DNA of 32,000 nt from Candidatus Arthromitus sp. SFB-rat-Yit (lineage in GTDB: Bacteria; Bacillota; Clostridia; Clostridiales; Clostridiaceae): positions 1,320,001 through 1,352,000 of the forward strand of contig NC_016012.1 in the NCBI RefSeq assembly GCF_000283555.1, in the 5' to 3' direction. The first letter of the stretch is position 1. Every line of letters starts with the position of its first letter. The notes below the pieces were generated by a model. The model saw only the letters and a program-made list of their open reading frames with translations. It made no database searches and was not told the DNA's origin. The translations under genes were made by a program, and so were the position numbers. Shown in pieces: positions 1-8,004 of this stretch.

Positions 1-1499
1 TATTCCTGAGTTTGCTGCTTTTTCGCAAGCTCCTCTTGTGCCTTTATTGCATCTTGTTGAAGTTTAACCTGCATTTCCATTGATTGTTGTCCTTGAATTA
101 TACCTGCTATAGATGTACCTAGAAACGCAACTGTACTTAAAAGACCAACCGCTGTCATAACTTTATTAAACCTACCTCCGCTTGAACCACTTTGTTGAAT
201 ATTGCCTGTATTACCAATTCTATTTGTATTTACAGATTCATTGCCTTGAGTTTTTAAGGAAGATGATTTAACTCCAGAAGTACTAGGTTTAACACTTCCA
301 TTTTGTGATCCTGATGTAGTACTTCCCTGTCCTTTATTTCCAGTCGTTGTACCATTTGATGGTTTACCACCTGAATTTGTTTGAGTTATAACAGGTTGTT
401 TTTGGGAAGAACCACTTGATCCACTTTGATTTGTGCTTAGACTAGGTTTATTTTGTGAAGTTCCTGTGTTTGGCTTTAATTGAGATGATCCAGATCCAGC
501 ACTTCCTCCTGTTAATGGCTTATTTGATCCACTAGCTGTACTGTTTTCAAATTTACTAGTCAAATTAGATGTATTCCCTGGCTTCACTGGAACATCTGGT
601 TTATTTTGTGAGCTTCCAGTTGTATTACTACTATTTGGCTTTAATTGAGATGATCCACTACTTGCCCCAGCTGATGGCTTATTTACTGCACCAGTTCCAT
701 TATTTTCAAATTTACTAGTTAAATTCGCAGTATTCCCTGGTTTTACAGGAGCATCTACCTTATTTTGTGAATTTCCTCCAGTTGATGGTTTGTTTACTGA
801 ACCAGTTCCACCATTTTCATACTTGTTAACCAAATTAGATGTATTCCCTGATGGTATACCTGTGCCATTTGTACCTGAAGTACTTGTATTCGGCTTACTT
901 GGTGCTGTTACAGTATTTCCTGCATTTGGCTTACTTGGTGCTGTTACACTGCTTCCTGTATTTGGCTTAGTTGGTGCTGTTATACTGCTTCCTGCATTTG
1001 GTTTAGTTGGAGCTTTTATACCTCCTCCACTAGATGTTCCAGATGTTAATCCTTCAAATTTATTGATCAAACCACCTGTATTTCCTGGTTTTATACCTGT
1101 ACCAGTTGTACTTGAAGTTCCTGAAGTTGGTTTATTTGTTGAAGTTGTACCTCCTGGCTTAACTGTAGAACTTATACCTGTACCTCCAGGCTTAACTGAA
1201 CTTACACCTGTACTCGGCTTATATGAAGTATTCCCTAAACTTGTTGTTGGTTTAAATATACTTGTCCCTCCATTTACAGGGCGTTTAAATCCATTACTAC
1301 CTGTAAACGTATTAACTTTAACTGGATTAAACTTAACCGGAGCTTTCATCATAGCAGATGCCTTTTTTACAGTTCCTATATGCTGAGCTGCTATTCCCGT
1401 AACACCAACTAACGCTGTAGCCATAGCTACTCTATTTAAAAATTTCTTTCTTGATAAATCAGAATCATTATTATTCCGTTTATTATCATTTGAATTCAT
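1..1499 (-). CDS. Low-complexity Ser/Thr/Asn/Pro/Gly repeat protein, probably exported; C-terminus truncated by window edge
   Basis: Not in ORF track because it runs off the left edge. Minus-strand ATG at 1499 preceded by AAGGAGGG; translation MNSNDNKRNNNDSDLSRKKFLNRVAMATALVGVTGIAAQHIGTVKKASAMMKAPVKF..., then KP-rich repeats (PVKPGNTxNLTSKFEN), a hydrophobic segment (MTAVGLLSTVAFLGTSIAGIIQ) and a Q/E/M-rich probable coiled coil; open to base 1. Confidence 0.85.
   Translation of the reverse strand, partial: MNSNDNKRNNNDSDLSRKKFLNRVAMATALVGVTGIAAQHIGTVKKASAMMKAPVKFNPVKVNTFTGSNGFKRPVNGGTSIFKPTTSLGNTSYKPSTGVSSVKPGGTGISSTVKPGGTTSTNKPTSGTSSTTGTGIKPGNTGGLINKFEGLTSGTSSGGGIKAPTKPNAGSSITAPTKPNTGSSVTAPSKPNAGNTVTAPSKPNTSTSGTNGTGIPSGNTSNLVNKYENGGTGSVNKPSTGGNSQNKVDAPVKPGNTANLTSKFENNGTGAVNKPSAGASSGSSQLKPNSSNTTGSSQNKPDVPVKPGNTSNLTSKFENSTASGSNKPLTGGSAGSGSSQLKPNTGTSQNKPSLSTNQSGSSGSSQKQPVITQTNSGGKPSNGTTTGNKGQGSTTSGSQNGSVKPSTSGVKSSSLKTQGNESVNTNRIGNTGNIQQSGSSGGRFNKVMTAVGLLSTVAFLGTSIAGIIQGQQSMEMQVKLQQDAIKAQEELAKKQQTQE
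885..1020 (-). repeat. 36-bp tandem repeat (12 aa, TAPSKPNAGNTV-like)
   Basis: ttacttggtgctgttacagtatttcctgcatttggc-like units repeated 3-4 times in the left-edge gene. Confidence 0.8.
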
Positions 1500-1526
1500 A
1501 ATCCCTCTAACCCTCCTTGGACCTAT

Positions 1527-1548
1527 AAAATAAGTATTATCTTATTTT
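1527..1548 (-). other. Short hairpin in the 50-bp gap between the two repeat genes (weak terminator or processing site)
   Basis: aaaataag-tattat-cttatttt inverted repeat directly after the TAA of the upstream gene and before the SD of the next. Confidence 0.35.
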
Positions 1549-1549
1549 G

Positions 1550-3481
1550 TTAAAAACTTCCATTAGTTTGAAAATACTGAAGCAGTTCAAGTGCAGCATT
1601 TGACTGCTCTAAACTTAAAAGATCATTTTCATACATGTACTCAATCATGAAGAAATTCATCCTACCACCTTCTATATTTTCCTTAATAGATTGAAGTTCT
1701 CTATGTGTAAAAATTCCCTCTTGAATAAATTTTTCGAACATGTCCTTATTTTTAAGAACCCTCGCTTCAGATATTCCTGTTTCAAATTTTGTTATATCAT
1801 TATTATCGTAATCTACATCTTCATAATACATAGAGTAAGTACTTCTTCTTGTATTATCTTCATTTTTCTCTATTACAACTGCATCCTCAAACCTTTCATC
1901 AACAAACTCATCTTCTTTAGAATCCCCTCCTCCATCTTCAGAAGGAGTAAAGTTTCCGTCCTTATCATAAACTCCTGAACCATCTGATGGATAAAAGTTT
2001 CCGTCCTTATCATAATGTCCAGAACCATCTGATAAGAAATAATTCCCATCTTTATCTATATATCCAGTACCATCTGAGTAATGGAAATTCATATCTTTAT
2101 CATAATATCCAGAACCATCTGCTAAATGGAAATTCCCATCTTTATCTATATATCCAGATCCATCCTTAAGCTGATAATTTCCATCCTCATCATAGTATCC
2201 ATCTGAATCTGATTCATCAACTTCCCCAGATTCTACCTCTGATGCACTCTCCATTGCCATCTGAGCTTTCAGCATCTCTCTCTCATGCTCCATTTGCTTC
2301 TCTTGCATTTTCATCTGAGCTTCTATCGATTCATTCTGAAGTTTTTCTTGAAGTTTCATTTGCTCTGCTGCCTGCACAGAACCCATTATACTAGATACTG
2401 CAAATCCGGCACTCATAAGGTTACCAGCAACACTCGAACCAATTTGAATTTTATCTGCAAGACTTGGCTTATTAGTTTGATCTAACTGAGGCTTATTTGC
2501 AGAACCTCCTGCATTATTATTATTGTTATTATTTGCGTTAGCATTATTATTAGATGCGCTTCCAGAGCTTGGCTTATTACTATTTGCATTAGCATTACTA
2601 TTAGATGTGTTTCCAGAGCTTGGCTTATTACTATTTGCATTAGCATTACTATTAGATGTGCTTCCAGAGCTTGGCTTATTATTATTTGCGTTAGCATTAC
2701 TATTAGATGTGCTTCCAGAGCTTGGCTTATTATTTGAATTGTTAGTGGATGTAGAATTATTATTTGGTTTATTAGTACCTGAACTATTAGTAGAAGTATT
2801 TGGTTTACTAGGAGCTGCGCTATCTCCTTTACTACTTCCAAATCCTCCATCTACACTTGAAGATTGGTTTGAATTAGATGATGTGTTCCCTGGTTTCTTT
2901 GTTGTATTCGAGTTACTGTTACTAGGTTTATTAACAGTATTTCCACTAGGCTTATTATTTCCTGTACTAGTTGTTACAGGAGGTTTTTTACCAACTATGG
3001 TGTTACTTGAACTAGATGATGACGAACCTGAACTACCTGTTATTACATTACCAGAACTAGGCTTGTTTGACGTACTTCCTGATGAAGATGATGTCCCTCC
3101 TGGCTTACTTGAACTAGTTGATCCTCCCAAAGGTTTTTTATTTGTTGAAGATGATGATGTTCCTCCTGGCTTATTTGAAGTACTTGCTCCTCCCACTGGC
3201 TTATTGCTTGTAGTACCACTCGGCTTGCTTGAACTACTGCTACTTGAACTACTACTTGATCCAGATGGTTTAGGTTTAAGTGTAGAAGTAGTTGGTTTTT
3301 TGATAGGTGGCTTTTTAAATGAAGGAAGTTTAAACTTTAATGCTTGAGCCTCTTTAGGGGGAAGTTCCGAAACTCCAATACTAGTAATTGTTGCAAGAGT
3401 TGTTGCGATTCCAAATGACTTAATAAGTTTCTTTCTAAAGCTTTTATCATTTTTAATTTTATCTGTATCCCTACTCACCAA
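1550..3481 (-). CDS. Low-complexity repeat protein, probably exported, with Gln/Met/Glu coiled coil and six 15-aa Asp/Tyr/Gly repeats; paralogous in architecture to the gene at 1..1499
   Basis: 643-aa ORF, TTG/GTG start after AAGGAGGG, N-terminal basic + hydrophobic region, Ser/Asn/Lys-Pro repeats, short hydrophobic segment, MQEKQ-rich segment, 15-aa repeats, unique acidic C-terminus. Confidence 0.85.
   Translation of the reverse strand: MVSRDTDKIKNDKSFRKKLIKSFGIATTLATITSIGVSELPPKEAQALKFKLPSFKKPPIKKPTTSTLKPKPSGSSSSSSSSSSSKPSGTTSNKPVGGASTSNKPGGTSSSSTNKKPLGGSTSSSKPGGTSSSSGSTSNKPSSGNVITGSSGSSSSSSSNTIVGKKPPVTTSTGNNKPSGNTVNKPSNSNSNTTKKPGNTSSNSNQSSSVDGGFGSSKGDSAAPSKPNTSTNSSGTNKPNNNSTSTNNSNNKPSSGSTSNSNANANNNKPSSGSTSNSNANANSNKPSSGNTSNSNANANSNKPSSGSASNNNANANNNNNNNAGGSANKPQLDQTNKPSLADKIQIGSSVAGNLMSAGFAVSSIMGSVQAAEQMKLQEKLQNESIEAQMKMQEKQMEHEREMLKAQMAMESASEVESGEVDESDSDGYYDEDGNYQLKDGSGYIDKDGNFHLADGSGYYDKDMNFHYSDGTGYIDKDGNYFLSDGSGHYDKDGNFYPSDGSGVYDKDGNFTPSEDGGGDSKEDEFVDERFEDAVVIEKNEDNTRRSTYSMYYEDVDYDNNDITKFETGISEARVLKNKDMFEKFIQEGIFTHRELQSIKENIEGGRMNFFMIEYMYENDLLSLEQSNAALELLQYFQTNGSF
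1928..2197 (-). repeat. 45-bp tandem repeat (15 aa, consensus Y-x-D-K-D-G-N-F-x-x-x-D-G-S-G), about 6 copies
   Basis: YYDEDGNYQLKDGSG/YIDKDGNFHLADGSG/YYDKDMNFHYSDGTG/YIDKDGNYFLSDGSG/HYDKDGNFYPSDGSG/VYDKDGNFTPSEDGG; exact 45-nt spacing. Confidence 0.9.
2523..2765 (-). repeat. 51-bp tandem repeat (17 aa, NKPSSGSTSNSNANANS-like), about 4 near-identical copies
   Basis: Unit cttccagagcttggcttattactatttgcattagcattactattagatgtg recurs at 51-nt intervals (starts about 2559, 2610, 2661, 2712 on the + strand). Confidence 0.9.
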
Positions 3482-3576
3482 TTTCTCCCTCCTTGAAAAT
3501 TAATGATGATAAAAAATAAATTAATCAAATCTTTCTCTAACTACTTTTATTATCGTAATACAAAAAATTTTTTAAA

Positions 3577-3614
3577 CAAAAAAAATGAAAACTTTAATCA
3601 AAAAGTTTTCATTT
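3577..3614 (-). terminator. Rho-independent terminator after M28-like gene
   Basis: aaatgaaaact...agttttcattt inverted repeat followed on the minus strand by a T-run (TTTTTTTTG). Confidence 0.6.
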
Positions 3615-5088
3615 AATTCTCTTTATTAGGTTTTAATAAAATTATCCTAAGAATCACATAAAATACAATTAACGCAACTAAAAGTATTGATAGATTCTTT
3701 ATTAACATATCATTTTTACTACTATCCTCTTCCTCATAATTCCCAATTGAAGAAGAATAATCGAATATAAATTTTTTAGATTTTATCTCAAAATTGCTAT
3801 TTTTAATGTCATCTCTCACCAAGTTATAATTGTCAGTAAATTCTTTCCTATACGTGTATGTCACAATTTCATCATTTACAAAAACAAATTCACCATTAAC
3901 ATTATCCTTAAAATTAAACTCAAATTCATCTATATTTTTCAGAAAATCAATTCCATTAGGAGAAATAACTTTAACAGTATAATTACCCTCATCTAAATTT
4001 TTAAATTCAGTAACTAAAGTTTCATTTAAAGTAATCTCTTTTATCTTTTTATTACCTTTATAAAGAACGTACTTTACTTGAGATATCTTATCTAAATTCT
4101 CCTCTGATAACTGAGTTATTATCTTTATACTTCTATTTTCTCTAACCAAATAATTAAATAATACTTCTACGCAACTGGATAAATTCTTCGTAACAGTATC
4201 AACAAAATTTCCCATCACATAGTTATAATTATCATCACTACTTCCTTCTATTATTCCAATACCCTCTCCAGTAGGATCATCTGGTAAACCATAATTTTTA
4301 TCTACACTTTCAAAAGAAGTAGCTTCAATTTTCCCAAATGGAACATTACTATATTTAAATGGAACATGATCTCCTATATCTGCACAAACCCCTTCTGGAA
4401 TACTTTGTTCCAAATTTTCTTCAGTAGTCAGAATTTTAATTTTCAACTCTTTAGATAATGATAATAATTCATCTCTAACAAATCCCTTATTTCCACTATT
4501 ACCATAAACGTATAAATTTTTTCCGCTACCAAGAGACGTTAAATTCAAAAAATACATTATCTTATCAAGTTCATCTTGAGATCTAGTTGATACATAATGT
4601 GTTGATCCTATTTCTCCATTTTTTCCACTACCAAATAATACAAATTTTAAAGTAAATGGAAAACTCATATCCTTAACCCTATCTGCAACCTCAAGTAAAA
4701 CAGAAACACCTGTAGCTCCTTCAAATCCTGTTGATCCATCAACATTTTCTGAATCATAAGAAGCTCCAATTATAACTTCTAAATCGCTCGCTCCTTTTTT
4801 AGTTGCAATAATATTGTGAGATAAATAATATCCAGGAGTAAAATTCAAAACCGTGTCTTCAGGAAAAGAAATCTCTTCAAATGAAGTATCATAACCAAAA
4901 TCTCTAAGTAATCTTCCTAAATAATCCGCTGTATAAACCTCACCTTCACTAAAAGAAACTCTAGGTATTCTAGATATCTGTTCTAAATAATCAAGTGCAT
5001 ACTTCCCAAACTCCTCAGCTTGTACACTCGGTTTAAAACAACATACAAACAAAACAATAAAAACAAATATCTTATATATCCTCTTCAA
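3613..5088 (-). CDS. M28 (aminopeptidase)-like protein with signal peptide and C-terminal TM helix; probable pseudo-peptidase
   Basis: 491 aa; N-terminal MKRIYKIFVFIVLFVCCFKPSVQA; M28-like block LEVIIGASYDS..GFEGATGVSVLLEVA...PFTLKFVLFGSGKNGEIGSTHYV; C-terminal LLVALIVFYVILRIILL helix followed by KPNKEN. Confidence 0.75.
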   Translation of the reverse strand: MKRIYKIFVFIVLFVCCFKPSVQAEEFGKYALDYLEQISRIPRVSFSEGEVYTADYLGRLLRDFGYDTSFEEISFPEDTVLNFTPGYYLSHNIIATKKGASDLEVIIGASYDSENVDGSTGFEGATGVSVLLEVADRVKDMSFPFTLKFVLFGSGKNGEIGSTHYVSTRSQDELDKIMYFLNLTSLGSGKNLYVYGNSGNKGFVRDELLSLSKELKIKILTTEENLEQSIPEGVCADIGDHVPFKYSNVPFGKIEATSFESVDKNYGLPDDPTGEGIGIIEGSSDDNYNYVMGNFVDTVTKNLSSCVEVLFNYLVRENRSIKIITQLSEENLDKISQVKYVLYKGNKKIKEITLNETLVTEFKNLDEGNYTVKVISPNGIDFLKNIDEFEFNFKDNVNGEFVFVNDEIVTYTYRKEFTDNYNLVRDDIKNSNFEIKSKKFIFDYSSSIGNYEEEDSSKNDMLIKNLSILLVALIVFYVILRIILLKPNKEN

Positions 5089-5213
5089 CTACTTTCACCC
5101 TCTCCAACACTAAAACTTGATTTCCAAACATATAATCTATTAATTATTTTAAAACTTTTCGTTAAATATTATACCCTATATTTAAATTTTTCGTAAATAT
5201 ATTAAAAAATAAA

Positions 5214-5239
5214 AAGACGATTAAATAATTAATCGTCTT
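5214..5239 (-). terminator. Rho-independent terminator after pepF-like gene
   Basis: AAGACGATTAA-TTAT-TTAATCGTCTT followed by TTTATTTT on the minus strand. Confidence 0.8.
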
Positions 5240-5253
5240 AATTTCTATACATT

Positions 5254-7047
5254 TTAGATATTCTTCTCTAAAATATCTAAAAGTTCAGAAAATCTACTCA
5301 CTACATTTTCCATAGGTGTTTTAGTTGTCATATCTACTCCAGCAGATTTTAATATCTCTATTGGATAATTACATCCACCCATCTTTAAAAAATTATTAAT
5401 ATAATTCTCAACTGCACTCTTCCCATTCTTTATTATATCTTGAGAAAACGCAAAGCTAGCTGCATAACCAGTTGCATATTGATAAACATAGAAACAAGAA
5501 TAAAAATGTGGTATTCTACTCCATTCATAAATTATATAATCGTCTAATACTAAACTATCTCCATAATACTTCTTATTCAAATCTCTCCATATTTCACAAA
5601 AATCATCACTAGTTAATGATCCACCTTTTTCAACTTCTCCATGTACAATAAGTTCAAATTCTGCAAATAACATTTGTCTAAATACAGTAGTTCTAATATT
5701 TTCAACCTCTTTATTTATAAAATATAAATACTCCTCCCCAGTTGAATTATCTTGCATATATTTATTTAACAAATGCTCATTACAAGTCGATGCAATCTCT
5801 GCCAAAAATATTGGATAGTTATAATTGAAAAACGTTTGATTTTTTCTCGAATAATAAGAATGAATTGAATGTCCCATTTCATGAACTAAGGTAGATAAAT
5901 CATTAAATGAATTTGAATAATTCAAAAGTATATAAGGATCAGTATCATAACTTCCTGATGAATATGCTCCACTTCTCTTACCTTTGTTTGTATAAACATC
6001 TATCCATCTATTTTCTATTGCTTCATTAAATATTTCTAAATACTCTGTACCAAGAGGCTCGAGTGCCTTTAAAGATATATCAAGAGCTTTTTCATATGAA
6101 ATATCCTTAACCGAATTTTTAACTAATGGTACGTATAAATCATAACTCTTAAGCTCATCGACCCCAAGCATACTCTTTTTCAAATCTATATATCTGTGTA
6201 TTTTATTAAAATTTTTATGCATAACATCAATCGCATTTAAATAAACAGATTTATCTACATTGTTTCCAAACAAATTACCTTCAAGAGCCGAGTCAAATTT
6301 CTTTACTTTGGAGTACAAAACATCATTTGTAATTGATGTAGATAGACACGTAGCTAATGTATTTCTATAATCCCTATATGTAGAAAATAATTTTTCGTAC
6401 GCATCCTTCCTAACTTTCCTATCGTATGATGTTAAAAACACACCATAGTTTCCCTCATTTAATTGAACTTCTTTCCCACTCTCATTTGTTATAAATGGAA
6501 ATTTTAAATCTACATTTTTAAATGTTGATACTATATTATCCGGAGCATCAATTGATGATCCAAACATGCTCAATACTTTTTCTGCTTCTTCAGACAAAAT
6601 ATGTTTCTTACCTCTTATTAAATTTTGTATCCTAAATCTAATGTCCCTAAGCTCCTCATCTTCTACAAGAGATTTTAAAAATTCATCACTTTTAGAAATA
6701 AGCTCTGTATCTATAAAACTACTCATAGATGAAAATTCATAATAAAACTGTTCAACTCTTGTGTATATACCTTGATATAAAGTCACAGATCCATCTTGAT
6801 CTTTTTTCATATGAGCATAATTCATTAGTTTCATTATTGTTCTTAATATTATCTCAAAATCGTTAAATAAGTTTAATACTTCTTGTTTCGTATTAAGCTT
6901 ACCTTCATAGCTCCCAATTTTTTTTGAAGATTCCTTAATATTCTTAAATTCCTCCTCAAATTCCTGTGTGTTTTTATATATCTTCTCTAAATTCCACGTA
7001 TATTTTTCTTCTATACTCTCTCTATTTTCAAAATACTTTACATCCAT
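5254..7047 (-). CDS. pepF: Oligoendopeptidase F (M3 family)
   Basis: 597 aa; zinc motif LVHEMGHSIHSYYS; typical PepF N-terminus and C-terminal Y-x-F-Y-V-Y-Q-Y-A-T-G region. Confidence 0.92.
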   Translation of the reverse strand: MDVKYFENRESIEEKYTWNLEKIYKNTQEFEEEFKNIKESSKKIGSYEGKLNTKQEVLNLFNDFEIILRTIMKLMNYAHMKKDQDGSVTLYQGIYTRVEQFYYEFSSMSSFIDTELISKSDEFLKSLVEDEELRDIRFRIQNLIRGKKHILSEEAEKVLSMFGSSIDAPDNIVSTFKNVDLKFPFITNESGKEVQLNEGNYGVFLTSYDRKVRKDAYEKLFSTYRDYRNTLATCLSTSITNDVLYSKVKKFDSALEGNLFGNNVDKSVYLNAIDVMHKNFNKIHRYIDLKKSMLGVDELKSYDLYVPLVKNSVKDISYEKALDISLKALEPLGTEYLEIFNEAIENRWIDVYTNKGKRSGAYSSGSYDTDPYILLNYSNSFNDLSTLVHEMGHSIHSYYSRKNQTFFNYNYPIFLAEIASTCNEHLLNKYMQDNSTGEEYLYFINKEVENIRTTVFRQMLFAEFELIVHGEVEKGGSLTSDDFCEIWRDLNKKYYGDSLVLDDYIIYEWSRIPHFYSCFYVYQYATGYAASFAFSQDIIKNGKSAVENYINNFLKMGGCNYPIEILKSAGVDMTTKTPMENVVSRFSELLDILEKNI

Positions 7048-7995
7048 TTAATCATCTCCTAATTGTAAATTTGATAAAAATGTTAAAACATCATTAAAAG
7101 CATCATATTTAATATCTTCAACAAATATCTCATGCCTAGCACCATCATAAATTATATGCTCAACATAAATTCCTTGATCTGTGAGCGTCTTACTCAATTT
7201 ATTAGATCCTTTATTAAATGAACAAACAGGATCCAAACTTCCAGTTAATAATAAAATATTTAACTTTTTAGGTATATTTTTTAAAGATTTAAAACTTAAA
7301 GTACTTTTAATTCCACTAAATAAATCATGGTAAAATTTCAAAGTATAGTTCTTTATCCTTAAACTATCTTTATTGTAGTTAGAAATAACCTCTTTATTTG
7401 ATGTTGTAAATGCAAAATCATCAATTTCTTTATCTTTTTCTTTAAAGGTTCTATTTAATGTATTATAAAAAGTATTAATAACAAATTTGTTTGGTTTACT
7501 TGCATCTATAAATCCACACATAAATTTAGATATTAAATAACTTCCATATACATTCAACTTACTTCCAATACCAATTCCTGATATCACAAGTCCATCGATA
7601 GATTCTCCATAAACCTCAGCATACTTAAGCGATAAATACGCTCCCATACTATGTCCTATTAAAAACACTTTTTTGTTTATAAATTTTTCCTTAATAAATA
7701 AATTGATTCGCTTTAAGTCTTTAACCATTACAACAAAGCTATTTTCATCAGAATTTGAAACAAAATATTCTTTACCTTCATTGTACTTACCATGCCCTCT
7801 ATGATCATGTATCACAACAACATAAGAATTATCAACTAAAAATTTTATAATTTCCTTATAAGATCCGCTATGTTCTCCTTTTCCGTGAGAAATTTGTACA
7901 ATTCCCCTAGTTAAAGCTGTGCATTCTCCATAAATATAAACGTCTAAATAAAAATCATCAAAACACCTAACTTTTACAGTTTCCTTTTTTATAAT
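7048..7995 (-). CDS. Alpha/beta hydrolase, serine aminopeptidase S33/monoacylglycerol-lipase-like; noncanonical start proposed
   Basis: ORF track starts at an internal GTG (7815), but the same frame extends upstream with the conserved IVQISHGKGEHSGSYKEIIKFL; contains GHSMGAY nucleophile elbow. Full frame best starts at ATT 7995 (or ATA 7992) after AGGAG. Confidence 0.85.
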   Translation of the reverse strand: MIKKETVKVRCFDDFYLDVYIYGECTALTRGIVQISHGKGEHSGSYKEIIKFLVDNSYVVVIHDHRGHGKYNEGKEYFVSNSDENSFVVMVKDLKRINLFIKEKFINKKVFLIGHSMGAYLSLKYAEVYGESIDGLVISGIGIGSKLNVYGSYLISKFMCGFIDASKPNKFVINTFYNTLNRTFKEKDKEIDDFAFTTSNKEVISNYNKDSLRIKNYTLKFYHDLFSGIKSTLSFKSLKNIPKKLNILLLTGSLDPVCSFNKGSNKLSKTLTDQGIYVEHIIYDGARHEIFVEDIKYDAFNDVLTFLSNLQLGDD

Positions 7996-8004
7996 AGATC
8001 ACTC

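Noticed and set aside
790-1386. 198-aa + strand ORF
   Set aside because: Antisense to the low-complexity CDS at 1..1499; V/P/L/G-rich product is the complement of KP/T/G repeats, with no SD.
1415-1470. Tat signal (SRKKFLN) in the left-edge protein
   Set aside because: Resembles SRRxFLK but lacks the twin arginine; an ordinary Sec-type signal is equally or more likely.
1691-2485. + strand ORFs 1691..1978, 1987..2169, 2285..2485
   Set aside because: Antisense to the 1550..3481 gene; no SD or domain.
2482-2850. 122-aa - strand ORF
   Set aside because: Alternate frame of the 51-bp repeats inside the 643-aa gene; no independent start signal seen.
2523-3347. 274-aa + strand ORF (poly-Leu/Glu/Pro)
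   Set aside because: Antisense shadow of Ser/Asn/Lys repeat codons in the 643-aa gene.
1-3481. CRISPR-like array
   Set aside because: Repeats are contiguous or coding, in-frame multiples of 3 with no unique spacers and no cas genes.
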